A DNA stretch of 64,000 bases, from positions 160,024-224,023 of the forward strand of contig JBHLLT010000001.1 of NCBI GenBank assembly GCA_048938855.1, read 5' to 3'. The notes under the pieces are model-generated. The model searched no databases. It had not been told where the DNA came from and saw nothing but the letters and a program-made list of their open reading frames with translations. Positions 36,916 to 47,613 of the stretch are shown here, piece by piece. The position numbers were made by a program, and so were the translations under genes. The first letter of the stretch is position 1, and each line of letters opens with the position of its first letter. Origin of the DNA: Promethearchaeota archaeon (lineage in GTDB: Archaea > Asgardarchaeota > Lokiarchaeia > Sigyniarchaeales > SOKP01).

Positions 36916-38868
36916 TTATCTTTTAGGAATATCTTTATATTCAATTAAATCTGGAAAAAATTCAAGATTTAAATGAGGGAAAAACATTGCTTCTGCATAT
37001 TCTTTTTGAAAATCCTTATCAACAGCAATTTCAATATATTTAATTTTTCTTAAAAGCTCTTTTGCTTTATTTCTCAAATCTTTATTTAAAAGGCAATGTT
37101 GTGCTCCAATTCCCGCAGCATTACCTATTTGAAAAATTTGATGGTCCTTAATATCTGGGATCATTCCTATAAATTTAGCATTACCTGCATTAATATAATT
37201 CCCAAAAGCTCCTGCCAAAAAGACTTGTTCAATAGTATGATTTTTGCCAAGATAATTTAAAATAATTCTCATGCCTGAATAAAAAGCAGCTTTAGCCATT
37301 TGAATTTGACGTATATCATTCTGACTAATTGCAATATCTTTATTTATTGATGTTTCTTCTCTATTAGCAATAATAAATTTAATATTTTTATCATTTTTGA
37401 TAAATTTTTCATGATCAACAAGATTTTGGTTAAATCTACCACTCCTCGTAATTATTTTAGATTTTAACATCTCTGCTATTCCATCAACAAGCCCGGATCC
37501 ACAAATCCCTAGGGGTTTCTTATTTTTGATTGTTGTATAGGTGACATCCAAATTAGTGGGATCAATTTTAATAGTGTCTATCGCACCAGCAGCTGCTCTC
37601 ATACCATCATTTATATGTGCCCCCTCCAAAGCAGATCCCGCAGCACAAGAACCAACAATTAAATTGTTTCGATTACCTATTATTATTTCACCATTAGTGC
37701 CAATATCTATTGCCAGAGTAAGTGGTTTTTCATTGAAAATCTGCGAAGAGAGTATTACACCAATGGTATCAGCCCCTACAAATCCTGCAACGATTGGTGC
37801 AGCATATACATTTGCATTTTTATAAATTTTAAGTCCTAATTCTGATGCCTTAACATTCAAATCCCTTTGAACAACGGGAATAAATGGGCTTAATCCTATG
37901 TTTACAGGATTAAGGCCTAGAAAAATATGATGCATAATAGAATTTCCCACGACTGTAGCTTCATATAAATTGTTAGTTTTAATATTTGCGTCTCGACATA
38001 AATTTGCTATTATTTCATTTAAATCACTTATTACAAGAGAATTGAGTTTACTAAGATTTTCTTCATTTTCTTTTATATATGTTAATCTTGTAATAAGGTC
38101 TTCCCCATAAGCTGTTTGACTATTTAATTTTGAATCTACTGCATATATTTTACCGTTATTCAAATTTATAAGATAACCTACAATTGTAGTTGTCCCAATG
38201 TCAAATGCTACACCATAATTACTTCCAGTAGTATTATCTGGCTCACAAGCAATTATATTATCATTCCATAAAACTATGGTAATTTTATGTTTATTTATTC
38301 TTAGCAAATTTGGGATTTCGTTTAAAATATTGAATTCAATATCAATATCTTTATATTTCTTTATTTTTTTTATTTTAAAGAAAATTTCTTTTTCAATTCT
38401 TTCAAAATCTGCATTTGGTTCCTCTAATGAGGGTTTCTTTACTTCTAGAAATATTTTTTGGATAGATGGTTGAAGGGTTATATTCTTATTAACACCTGAA
38501 GTAAGAATCTTGAAATCTTCAAGCAATAATTGACTAGGTAGCAAAATTCTAACCTGAGGAGTTCCATGTTGATATTTTAGGTGTCTATTACTTAATTTAA
38601 TTCGAGTTTGGCAGGCTAAGCGCCATCCATTTTGAATTTCTGACTCACTTATTAAATTTACTTCATTTTTTGTTATTTTATTCAAATATTCATTGCCTTT
38701 CTGAACTAAAATTTTACATTTTCCACATTTTCCTAACCCCCCACAGATAGATCTAACAGGAATATTGATTTCATTTAATAGTTCATAAATTGAGTTCTCT
38801 TTTGAAACATACAACCTTCTTGAAATCGGCTCAAAATCTATGAGGATACCTAGTTCTTTTGATTCCAT
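36916..38868 (-). CDS. ASKHA-family ATP-dependent reductive activator of corrinoid proteins (RACo/RamA-like) with N-terminal 2Fe-2S domain
   Basis: CGGLGKCGKC...RLACQ, FDIGTTT, GFVGAD, IDIGTNGE, CAAGSALEG, GICGSG, LAGAFG, GNAA. Confidence 0.9.
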   Translation of the reverse strand: MESKELGILIDFEPISRRLYVSKENSIYELLNEINIPVRSICGGLGKCGKCKILVQKGNEYLNKITKNEVNLISESEIQNGWRLACQTRIKLSNRHLKYQHGTPQVRILLPSQLLLEDFKILTSGVNKNITLQPSIQKIFLEVKKPSLEEPNADFERIEKEIFFKIKKIKKYKDIDIEFNILNEIPNLLRINKHKITIVLWNDNIIACEPDNTTGSNYGVAFDIGTTTIVGYLINLNNGKIYAVDSKLNSQTAYGEDLITRLTYIKENEENLSKLNSLVISDLNEIIANLCRDANIKTNNLYEATVVGNSIMHHIFLGLNPVNIGLSPFIPVVQRDLNVKASELGLKIYKNANVYAAPIVAGFVGADTIGVILSSQIFNEKPLTLAIDIGTNGEIIIGNRNNLIVGSCAAGSALEGAHINDGMRAAAGAIDTIKIDPTNLDVTYTTIKNKKPLGICGSGLVDGIAEMLKSKIITRSGRFNQNLVDHEKFIKNDKNIKFIIANREETSINKDIAISQNDIRQIQMAKAAFYSGMRIILNYLGKNHTIEQVFLAGAFGNYINAGNAKFIGMIPDIKDHQIFQIGNAAGIGAQHCLLNKDLRNKAKELLRKIKYIEIAVDKDFQKEYAEAMFFPHLNLEFFPDLIEYKDIPKR

Positions 38869-39011
38869 ATCTCAGTTTTATTGATAAATAATCTTATTTT
38901 TAAAAATTGAATTCAATATTAATGTAAATTAAAAACTATTAATCCTTAAATTAAAGTAAGAAATATAAATGTTATTTAAAATTCAAATAATACCTAAGAG
39001 AGGTGTTAAAA

Positions 39012-42000
39012 TTGCAGAATCCAGAAAAATTAGCAGAAGAAGCTTTAAAATTTCTAGAAATTGCTCAAAAATTTGAAGAAGAGAAAAATGTAGATGATGC
39101 TATTTCAAATTATCAAAGAGCTGCTGATCTTCTTAAGCAAAGTGGGTATTTGATGCATAGAATACAAGAAATCTATGATAGGATAGGTGATTTAAAAGAT
39201 TTTGCTCAGAAAGAAATTTTATATCAACAAACTCAAACCAAAGTAAATATTGAACAAATTCAGGATCAAGCTTTTACAATATTAGAAGCAGCTAAAAAAT
39301 TAGAATTCGATGGTCTTCTTGAAGACGCTATTAAACAATATTTATCTGCTATTCATTTATTGATTGAGGCTGGTTGGACTGAAACACAACTCGAGAATCT
39401 AAAAAATAAGATTTTCATGCTTAGAAACCAGTCAGAAAAAGCTAAAATTGACCAGCGTCATCATACAGAAGAAATTGAAATAACGGCAAAGACGTCTAAA
39501 AGTGCTCCAGATGTGAAACCACAAGTTGTTGGTATGTTTGGCCAAAAAAGTAATATTGAAAAAGCAGAAGTTATAGATAAATTCAGGAAAAAGAAACAAT
39601 ATGAACAAAACATACAGAACGAGGCATTCTCTTATATTGATGCTGCTAAAATTTTTGAAAAAGATCGTAAATTTGATTTAGCAATAAAGAACTATGAAAA
39701 AGCTGTGGAATTATTAGATTCTATAGGTTGGGATCTCCAAACTCAAAATATTCAATCTATTATTGAAAAACTTAAAAGAGACAAAATTGAATTTGAAACA
39801 CCTCTAATGGAAAAAACTGTACCACTATCAAGCGATATTGAACAACAGAAAATTAGGTTAGAAAAAGAGGCGGAATTAAAAAAAGATAGATTAGTTGAAT
39901 ATGAGGATAAAAAAAGGCGTGAGGAAGAGATTCAACTTAAAGCATTCAATTTAATAGATATTGGTAATAGACTTGAAAGAGAAAAGAGATATGACGATGC
40001 GATTGTCAAATTAACCCAAGCTGTTCAACTTCTTCGTTCCATAGAATGGGATTCGTATATAGAACCAATTTCAAATTTAATTGAGAATGTAAAAAATAAA
40101 AAGAAGAGAGATGAACTCTCTATTCAACTAAAGGAAAAAAGGCAAAGGGACCTAAAAACCCTCCAAGATTCAATTAACCAAAAACAAAAAGACCAATTTA
40201 TTGATTCTGCAAAACTATTAGAAAAAAAAAGGAGAGATTATGAGGAAGAAAAGAAAAAGCAAAAAGAGAAAGAGGAGGATCTTTTTAAGATATTAGATAG
40301 AGCAGATGATGTTCTAAAGGAAAAAAATTTTGACGAAGCTATAGATATTTATTATAAGGCTTTACCAATTCTTACAGATTTAGGACCAGGATGGAAACCT
40401 TATAGAACTATGGTTCAGAATACGATTTCCAATGTAGAAAAGCTTAAAAGCTCACAACTTACAAAAGAATACGACGAGCAGAAGAAATTAGAAGAAAGAA
40501 ATAGGGAAGAACTAGAGTTTCAGAAGCAAATAACATATCAAATCAATAAAGAACGCGAACGCTTAAAAAAGAAGGAAATCGTTATTAAAGATCATGAGGA
40601 AGAAATCAAATTGTTTGAACAAAAGAAAAATACAGCATTTGAATTCCTAAATTCTGCTATAGAATTCCTAAATAAAAGTGACTATGATAATGCGATATTA
40701 AAGTATCTAAGAGCTGGTAATATTTTTGCAGAAATTCAGTGGACAGATGAAATTCCGATTATTGAAGAATCAATAAGGGATGTTGAAGAATTAAAAAGAA
40801 AAAGATTTATCTCAAAACAGCAAGAATTAAAAGAGGAGATCAGCAGACAAAAAGAAGAGGAAGAGTTCCAAAAGCAGATTTCAAAGTATTTACAAATGGA
40901 GCGCAAACAAATTAAGACAAAGAAAATTGAACTAAAGGAAAGAGAGAAAGAAACAAAATTTAGAGAAGAACGAAGAAAAGCAGGATTTAAATTGCTTGAA
41001 GAAGCACAAAATAATGTTAAAAAAGGTAAATTTGACGAAGCTATCGAAATTCTTCAATATGCAATCAATTTTTTTGCGGAAGCGCAATGGTATAATGAAA
41101 TAAACCTTATTCAAAATGCAATTGTAGAGATCGAAAATAAAAAGAAAGATAGAGAGATACAAAACCAAATTAAGTTTCAAGCAGAACTTGAACGTGAAAA
41201 GCAAGAAAAAGTATTTCAAGATAGTATTTTAAAAGAAATGAAGGTGCAACGTCAAAATTTATTAAAAAGAGAAATTTTTCTTAGGGAAAAGGAAAAAGAG
41301 CTTGCTTATCGAGAACAGAAAAAACAAGAAGCTTTTGATTTATTGGAAAGAGCTCGAGATATGCTCTCACAAAAGAAATTTGATGAGGCTTTACAAATAT
41401 ATTATAATGTAGCTAATTTTTTCGCTCAGATTCAATGGACAGAAGAAATCCCGATAATTAAACAGGCTATTTTTTCAATTGAAGAAAAAAGAAGACAAGA
41501 TAAAATTAATAAGCAAAATCTTTTACAGAACTCAATAAAGAAAGAAGCAGATGATAGAGCATTTGTCGAATTGATAAAATATCAAACTGAAAGAGAAAAG
41601 AAGGATTTTCTAAAAGAGAAAGAACGAATTGAAAAGCAAAAACAACTTTCTACCCAAAATTTAGCTAAACAACAAAAAGCATTTGGTTTAATAGAAAACG
41701 CAGGAAGATTTTTGGAAGACGAAAATTTTGAAAATTCTCTAACAAATTATAGTAAAGCGATAGATATATTAAAAGAAATTGGATGGGAAGAACGATATTT
41801 AATATTATTAACTGATACTATTCAAGCAATTAAAATTAAACAAAAAGAAAAGGAATTAGAGAAACAAAAAGATTTCGAAATCTCACTAAAACTTCAAAAA
41901 GAGGAGGAATTATTTCAAAAGAAAATTACTGATTACATGTTTAAAGAACAGGAAAAACTGAAAGAAAAGAAAATTGAGATTCGAAAAAGAGAAGATTTAG

Positions 42001-45000
42001 AAAAATATATGGAGAAACGTAAATCTGAAGCGTTTGAAATAATGGATAATGCACAAGATCTATTAATTCAAGGTGAATACGACAAATCAATTGAAACGTA
42101 CATCGATGCTGAGTTAATACTAAATGAAATTAATTTTCCCACAAGTTCAGTCAGAGAAATGATATCAAAAATTCAAGAGAAAAAAAGAGACAAGGATTTA
42201 AATCAATTTAAAGAAATTGAATTAAAAACAAAAAGAGAAAAAGAGAATGAGTTGTTCCAAAAACAAATTCTAAAGAAAATAGAATTTGAACAAACTAAAA
42301 TGAGAGAAAAACAAGAAGTACTTAAGAAACAAGAAGAATTACGACTTATACAAGAACAAGAGAAAGAAAAAGCATTTAAAATATTAGAAGAGGCTCAAAA
42401 ACAAATTGACCAAGAAAATTATGATAAAACAATTGAGTTGTATAATAATGCAATAGATATTTTTAGTACTATTCAATGGGAAGATGAAATAGAGTTAATT
42501 CAAAATTCTATTATAGTAGTAGAAAATAAAAAGAAAGAATCAGAAATTAGGAAACAGCAAGAATTACAATATGCTATTGAAAAGGATCAACAGGAAAAAA
42601 TATTTCAAGAAAATCTTATAAAAGAAATGAAAATAAAAAGTGAAGAGTTAAAAAGAAAGCAGATCAAACTTAGAGAAAAAGAACAAGAGCAGGATTATCG
42701 TGAAAATAAGAAGGGAGAAGCATTCAACATTCTAGAAAAAGCCCAAAATTATATTGCGTTAAGAAAATTTGATGAAGCAATTGAATTATATAATAATGTT
42801 GCAAATATTTTTGCTCAAATTCAATGGGTTGAAGAAATTCCAATGATAATGAATGCAATTAAGGAAATCGAAGAAGAAAAGAGGGAAAATGATTTGATTA
42901 AACAAAAATCTATCAGAGAAGCAATAGAAGCGGAAAAGGAAAATTTTGCTTTTGTTGAAAAAATTAGAGTCTTAAGGGAAAGTGCTAGAATAAAAGAACT
43001 AGAAGAGAGAGAAAAATTTCAAAAGAAGGAACTACTTGCTACTCAGGACCGGGAAAAAGAGAAGGAAGCTTTTGATCTTATCGATAATGGATTTAAATTA
43101 GTTCAAGAAGAGAATTACGATAAGGCATTATTGAATTATCAAAATGCTCTGAGATTATTGACTGAAATTGGATGGACTAGCGATTACTTGAGGTTACTTA
43201 AAGATGATATTGAATTAATTACCATTAGAAAAAGAGAAATGGAAGATAGAATCAAATTCGATATTGAATTGAAGAAACAACGGGAAAATGAAGAAGAACA
43301 ATTTCAGAAAAAAATATATGGTTATATGCAAAGAGAACAAGAAAGACTAAAAACTAAAAAAATCGAAGTGGAAAAAAAAGAAAAGCTAAAACAATTAATG
43401 GAAACTAGGAAATCAGAAGCGTTTAAAATATTAGATAGTGCTGAAAATTTGTTTAATCAAAAAGAATATGATAAAGCAATTGATAATTATAGACAAGCAG
43501 AATTAATATTAAATGAAATTGGTTTTCCAACTAATTCAATAAGAGAAACGATTCACAAAGTCCAAGAAAGAATTACAGAAGACTCGATTGAAAAACAAAA
43601 GAAATTAGAATTAAAATTACAAAATGCTCAAGAGCAGTTTAAATTCCAACAACAATTAGCAAAAAATGTTAGGATAAATGATATTAAATTAAGAGTCAAA
43701 CAGGAAGAGATCGAAAAGCAAAAGCAAATGCATGCTTATATGGAGAAAAGGAAAGAAGAAGCTTTTAATCTTTTCGAAGAAGCAGAAATCTATATGAAAC
43801 AATTACAATATGATAAAGCTCTTGAATATTATCGCGCTGCTGAATTAATCTTAAATGAAATTGCTTTTCCAACTGATTCTATTAGAGAATTAGTTCTTAA
43901 GGTTCAAGAGAAAAAAAGGGAACAGCAATTTCAAAAACAAAAAGCCTTACAGTTAAGTATACAAAAAGAAAGAGAAGAATTAATTTATCAACAAAAGATT
44001 TCTGAAAATTTTAGGCTTGAACAAGAACGATTAAACCAAAAGGAAATGAAAATTTTAGAAAGAGAACAATTGAAATCAAGGTTAGAAGAAAGAAAAGAAA
44101 ATGCATTCAAGATTTTAGATGAAGGAGAGAAATTTTTGCGAGAACAAAATTATGATAATGCTATAGCATGTTATAGAAAAGCTGGACTAATTTTAAATGA
44201 ATTGCAATTTCCAACGGATTCAATTGACAATATGATATTTAAGATTAATCATCTGAAAAATAGAAAAGAGGAAGCAGAAAATTTAGAAATTCAAAAAGAA
44301 TTAGAAAAATATGAAGAAGAAAGAGCTTTAACGATGCTGATTGAGGAAAGAAGGAGACAAGAAAGAGAAAAAAAAGAAGCTCAACAACTCGCTCAACTAG
44401 AAAGAGAAAAACTTATACAAGAACAAAAAAGCGTAAGAGAATCAGCGTATTCTTTATTAGAAGAAGCTGGAAAATATTTAAAGCAACATGTTCCTAATTA
44501 TAATGAAGCAATTTCGTTGTATATTCAAGCAAGACACATCTTAGCCGAGAATATAGGTTGGGAGCCAGAAATTGATAATTTAAATAGTCTAATTAAGGAT
44601 CTACAACAAGAACAAGTTAATTTTATGGAAAAGCGACGATTGGAAGAACAAGCTCGTTTACAAAGAGAAAATGAATATACAATGTTTCAAGAAGAAGTAA
44701 AGAGAAGAAGATTAGAACAAGAAAGATTAAAACGAGAACAAGAAAAGCAGTATAGAGATATAGTAGTTAAAAGACAACAAGTTGAAAATATTAGAGATGA
44801 TGGATTAAAACTCATAGATGAAGGAAAGAAATCGGCCGCATACCATGATTTCGAGAGAGCTTATGAAAATTTCAACTCTGCAATTAATAAATTTAAAACA
44901 ATAGGTTGGGATAAGGAAATCAAATATATTGAAACTGAAATTAAAAATACAAAAAATTTAGAAGAAAGAGTTATTAAAGAAGAAGCTAGAATACAGAGTA

Positions 45001-45371
45001 TTCAAAAACAGTTAGAAGAACAAAGAATTTTAGAGCAAGAGCATAAAGAAAAGAGAGAAAAGGAATTAAAAGCAACAGTTGGAGAAGTAAGTGAAATAGC
45101 AGACGATGTGATAAGCTTAATAGAAGAAAGAAAACAACAACAAAAATTAGCCGAACGAGACCAAAAACGAAAAGTCCAAATTAAAGCCAGAGAATTTCGT
45201 AAAGAGATGACAAACTTAATCAAAGTTAAGCAAGAACTCATTGATGAAATAGCAAAAAAGGAAGGTGAGAAAAAGCAATTCCAAGAAAAACTAGAGGAAG
45301 CTAAGGAGCGAGAAAAAGTTGATAGCCTTAAAAAAATGATTAAGGAAGCTGCTGAAAAGAAGAAAAAGTGA
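39012..45371 (+). CDS. Giant helical repeat protein (~2,120 aa): 18 TPR/MIT-like modules separated by charged helices
   Basis: Recurring AFxL(L/I)xxA...(Y/F)DxA...YxxA...IxW/F unit. GTG 39003 lies inside the GAGGTG SD, so TTG 39012 is preferred. Confidence 0.8.
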   Translation: MQNPEKLAEEALKFLEIAQKFEEEKNVDDAISNYQRAADLLKQSGYLMHRIQEIYDRIGDLKDFAQKEILYQQTQTKVNIEQIQDQAFTILEAAKKLEFDGLLEDAIKQYLSAIHLLIEAGWTETQLENLKNKIFMLRNQSEKAKIDQRHHTEEIEITAKTSKSAPDVKPQVVGMFGQKSNIEKAEVIDKFRKKKQYEQNIQNEAFSYIDAAKIFEKDRKFDLAIKNYEKAVELLDSIGWDLQTQNIQSIIEKLKRDKIEFETPLMEKTVPLSSDIEQQKIRLEKEAELKKDRLVEYEDKKRREEEIQLKAFNLIDIGNRLEREKRYDDAIVKLTQAVQLLRSIEWDSYIEPISNLIENVKNKKKRDELSIQLKEKRQRDLKTLQDSINQKQKDQFIDSAKLLEKKRRDYEEEKKKQKEKEEDLFKILDRADDVLKEKNFDEAIDIYYKALPILTDLGPGWKPYRTMVQNTISNVEKLKSSQLTKEYDEQKKLEERNREELEFQKQITYQINKERERLKKKEIVIKDHEEEIKLFEQKKNTAFEFLNSAIEFLNKSDYDNAILKYLRAGNIFAEIQWTDEIPIIEESIRDVEELKRKRFISKQQELKEEISRQKEEEEFQKQISKYLQMERKQIKTKKIELKEREKETKFREERRKAGFKLLEEAQNNVKKGKFDEAIEILQYAINFFAEAQWYNEINLIQNAIVEIENKKKDREIQNQIKFQAELEREKQEKVFQDSILKEMKVQRQNLLKREIFLREKEKELAYREQKKQEAFDLLERARDMLSQKKFDEALQIYYNVANFFAQIQWTEEIPIIKQAIFSIEEKRRQDKINKQNLLQNSIKKEADDRAFVELIKYQTEREKKDFLKEKERIEKQKQLSTQNLAKQQKAFGLIENAGRFLEDENFENSLTNYSKAIDILKEIGWEERYLILLTDTIQAIKIKQKEKELEKQKDFEISLKLQKEEELFQKKITDYMFKEQEKLKEKKIEIRKREDLEKYMEKRKSEAFEIMDNAQDLLIQGEYDKSIETYIDAELILNEINFPTSSVREMISKIQEKKRDKDLNQFKEIELKTKREKENELFQKQILKKIEFEQTKMREKQEVLKKQEELRLIQEQEKEKAFKILEEAQKQIDQENYDKTIELYNNAIDIFSTIQWEDEIELIQNSIIVVENKKKESEIRKQQELQYAIEKDQQEKIFQENLIKEMKIKSEELKRKQIKLREKEQEQDYRENKKGEAFNILEKAQNYIALRKFDEAIELYNNVANIFAQIQWVEEIPMIMNAIKEIEEEKRENDLIKQKSIREAIEAEKENFAFVEKIRVLRESARIKELEEREKFQKKELLATQDREKEKEAFDLIDNGFKLVQEENYDKALLNYQNALRLLTEIGWTSDYLRLLKDDIELITIRKREMEDRIKFDIELKKQRENEEEQFQKKIYGYMQREQERLKTKKIEVEKKEKLKQLMETRKSEAFKILDSAENLFNQKEYDKAIDNYRQAELILNEIGFPTNSIRETIHKVQERITEDSIEKQKKLELKLQNAQEQFKFQQQLAKNVRINDIKLRVKQEEIEKQKQMHAYMEKRKEEAFNLFEEAEIYMKQLQYDKALEYYRAAELILNEIAFPTDSIRELVLKVQEKKREQQFQKQKALQLSIQKEREELIYQQKISENFRLEQERLNQKEMKILEREQLKSRLEERKENAFKILDEGEKFLREQNYDNAIACYRKAGLILNELQFPTDSIDNMIFKINHLKNRKEEAENLEIQKELEKYEEERALTMLIEERRRQEREKKEAQQLAQLEREKLIQEQKSVRESAYSLLEEAGKYLKQHVPNYNEAISLYIQARHILAENIGWEPEIDNLNSLIKDLQQEQVNFMEKRRLEEQARLQRENEYTMFQEEVKRRRLEQERLKREQEKQYRDIVVKRQQVENIRDDGLKLIDEGKKSAAYHDFERAYENFNSAINKFKTIGWDKEIKYIETEIKNTKNLEERVIKEEARIQSIQKQLEEQRILEQEHKEKREKELKATVGEVSEIADDVISLIEERKQQQKLAERDQKRKVQIKAREFRKEMTNLIKVKQELIDEIAKKEGEKKQFQEKLEEAKEREKVDSLKKMIKEAAEKKKK

Positions 45372-45510
45372 ACTATTTCTTAAATCTTTATTTTGTCAAA
45401 TTTAAATGTGATTAAAACTATTTTTAATTACTTTTTGAGTTAAGAAACTAACTAAAAGAGTTTAAATTTAGAATTTGAAATAATATTATTATAATCATAA
45501 AAAATAAGGT

Positions 45511-47103
45511 ATGGTCAAAATGACTGAAAAAACTGAGGATATTACTAAATCTCGGATGTATGCACGTCAACAATTAATTGATGGTTGGGATCAAGAGGTT
45601 ATTGATAAGGGAACTATTATGATAATAGGTGTAGGTGCCTTGGGTTGTGAAATAGCGAAAGATTTTGCTCTTATGGGCATTGGAAAACTTATTCTTGTTG
45701 ATCTAGATACAATTGAAACATCAAATTTATCAAGACAAATGCTTTTTAAACCAGGTGATGAAGGGCGTCCCAAAGCCGAAGTTGCCGCTGAAAGATTAAA
45801 GGATATGAATCCGTATCTTGAAGTCGATTATTACTTTGAAAAACTTCAAAAATTACCTATCTCTGTGTATGAAGAGTCTGATGTAATAATTGCTGCTTTA
45901 GATAATTTTAATGCCAGATTAGATTTGAATAAAATATGTCTTCGTCTGAAAAAACCTATGGTGGAAGGTGGAACAGTAGGATTCGAAGGTCATGTACAAA
46001 TTGTAATTCCTGAAGGATCTGAATTAAAGTATAAAAGTAAAGAACGTGAAATTGAAAATTTAGTTCAAACAAAACTTTGGGAGATAACAGAGCTGGGATA
46101 TCCCGATTATTTTAAAGCACAAAGAAGAATTGAAGAATTAGAGACAGAAATAGAAAGTATTAGGGCTGAGAGTATTACACCTGTAATTGAAAGATTTCGA
46201 AAAGAAATAGAAATGGTATTTGATTGGAAATATGCTCCAGAATTATTAGATCAAACACCTTGTTATAGATGTTTGGTTCCAATACCTCCTGCTGACGATA
46301 AACTTGTCGCAGCATGTACTTTAAAAGGTTTACCACGGAACCGGAATCATTGCGTTATAAAAGCTGAAGTGGATTTTGAAAAAGAATATGGACATAAACC
46401 AGATCTCAATTTAAATGATGATGTGCTCAGATTAAAAGAATTAGCACAAGCAGAATTAGAAAAATTGAGAGAACGTGTCTTTAATGAAAATGTGCCAGAA
46501 GAAAAAAGAGAAAACTTAAATGAAGAGGAACTTAAAGAGTGGAAACAAAATATAAAAGATACATTTGGTCCAGACTACAAATTTGAGGAGATGGAAAATA
46601 TTCTCGGAAATAAAATCGCTGCGATACAAACTGTGAGTTCTGTCATTGCTAGCATTCAATCTCAAGAAGCTTTAAAACTTTTATTTAGAGTTAATGGCAG
46701 GAATATTGGTGCTCCAATGGATCCCCCATATGTAAATTATAATGGTATATATGGGCAATTCGATCATCTAAATATTGTAAAGAGAGAGGATTGTCTTGCT
46801 TGTGGTAAAATTGAAGGTGAAGAAAATGTACAACTCGTTGTACCATTCGATGCAGATGTAGGTTATATTTTTAAAGCAATGAAAATAACTGGGTATGAAT
46901 TAGATCCAGAATTATGGATGATTACAAATCCAATGACAAAAGAAATTTATTGGAATCCCTATATGCCTTCCTTAAAGGATCCTTATATAAAATTAAATTC
47001 ACTCCAAATAAAAAGTAATGACATTATCTCAATTACTCCTTTAGGAAAGGCATTAACTGAATCAGAAATAAAAAAATATAATGTTGTAATTGCTTTTATG
47101 TAA
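45511..47103 (+). CDS. Ubiquitin-like activating enzyme E1 (ThiF family, Uba2/Uba3-like)
   Basis: YARQ, GVGALGCE, DLDTIETSNLSRQMLF, LDNFNAR, Zn pairs CYRC and CLAC, catalytic-type ACTLKGLPRNRNHC, and a C-terminal domain at the ubiquitin-fold position. Confidence 0.9.
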   Translation: MVKMTEKTEDITKSRMYARQQLIDGWDQEVIDKGTIMIIGVGALGCEIAKDFALMGIGKLILVDLDTIETSNLSRQMLFKPGDEGRPKAEVAAERLKDMNPYLEVDYYFEKLQKLPISVYEESDVIIAALDNFNARLDLNKICLRLKKPMVEGGTVGFEGHVQIVIPEGSELKYKSKEREIENLVQTKLWEITELGYPDYFKAQRRIEELETEIESIRAESITPVIERFRKEIEMVFDWKYAPELLDQTPCYRCLVPIPPADDKLVAACTLKGLPRNRNHCVIKAEVDFEKEYGHKPDLNLNDDVLRLKELAQAELEKLRERVFNENVPEEKRENLNEEELKEWKQNIKDTFGPDYKFEEMENILGNKIAAIQTVSSVIASIQSQEALKLLFRVNGRNIGAPMDPPYVNYNGIYGQFDHLNIVKREDCLACGKIEGEENVQLVVPFDADVGYIFKAMKITGYELDPELWMITNPMTKEIYWNPYMPSLKDPYIKLNSLQIKSNDIISITPLGKALTESEIKKYNVVIAFM

Positions 47104-47230
47104 ACTTTAATAAGATTTTTTCTTAATTGATCTTCTCTTTTTCTTTTCTTTTAAATCATTTAGTAGGTAAGAATCAAAACTCTGTCTTTTTGTATCAATA
47201 TATAGTTTTAACTTAAAAAAAATACAAACA

Positions 47231-47285
47231 TTTATATATACATGAAAAACATGTATAACATGTAATTCATGAATATCATGTAATA
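47231..47285 (+). promoter_or_regulatory. TATA-like box followed by five CATG motifs at exact 9-bp spacing (candidate operator)
   Basis: TTTATATATA at 47231-40; CATG at 47241, 47250, 47259, 47268 and 47277; the AbrB-like gene starts at 47307. Confidence 0.65.
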
Positions 47286-47306
47286 TAAAAAAATCATTGA
47301 GAAAAC

Positions 47307-47573
47307 ATGGCAAAGAAAAGACCGAGAAATATACATAGACACGGAAGAAATAGTTTATTCTATGGGGCAGTAACTGTAGGAGAGAGAGGTCAGATTACAA
47401 TCCCTGCTGCAGCACGAAAAACTTTTGATATTCTACCTGGAGATAAAATTCTAGTCTTTGGAGATATTGAAAAAGGTATTGGTTTAGTTAAAGAAGACCA
47501 ATTACAGAAAATTGCCATGAAAATGTTTCAAGCATTTAAATCTGATGAAAGTAGCGAAGAAGGTAATGATTAA
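47307..47573 (+). CDS. AbrB/MazE/SpoVT-family DNA-binding protein
   Basis: VTVGERGQITIPAAARKTFDILPGDKI. Confidence 0.9.
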   Translation: MAKKRPRNIHRHGRNSLFYGAVTVGERGQITIPAAARKTFDILPGDKILVFGDIEKGIGLVKEDQLQKIAMKMFQAFKSDESSEEGND

Positions 47574-47613
47574 ATGAATAATAACTAAAAAAAAAGAATT
47601 TCAATTCAACGAG

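Noticed and set aside
46012-46254. Intein in E1
   Set aside because: No Cys/Ser start with His-Asn end or splicing blocks; too short and helical.
47107-47313. 68-aa minus-strand ORF with HxxHxxH periodicity (possible metal-binding peptide)
   Set aside because: The His pattern is just the 9-bp CATG array read in frame; the ORF lies antisense over the AbrB promoter and start.
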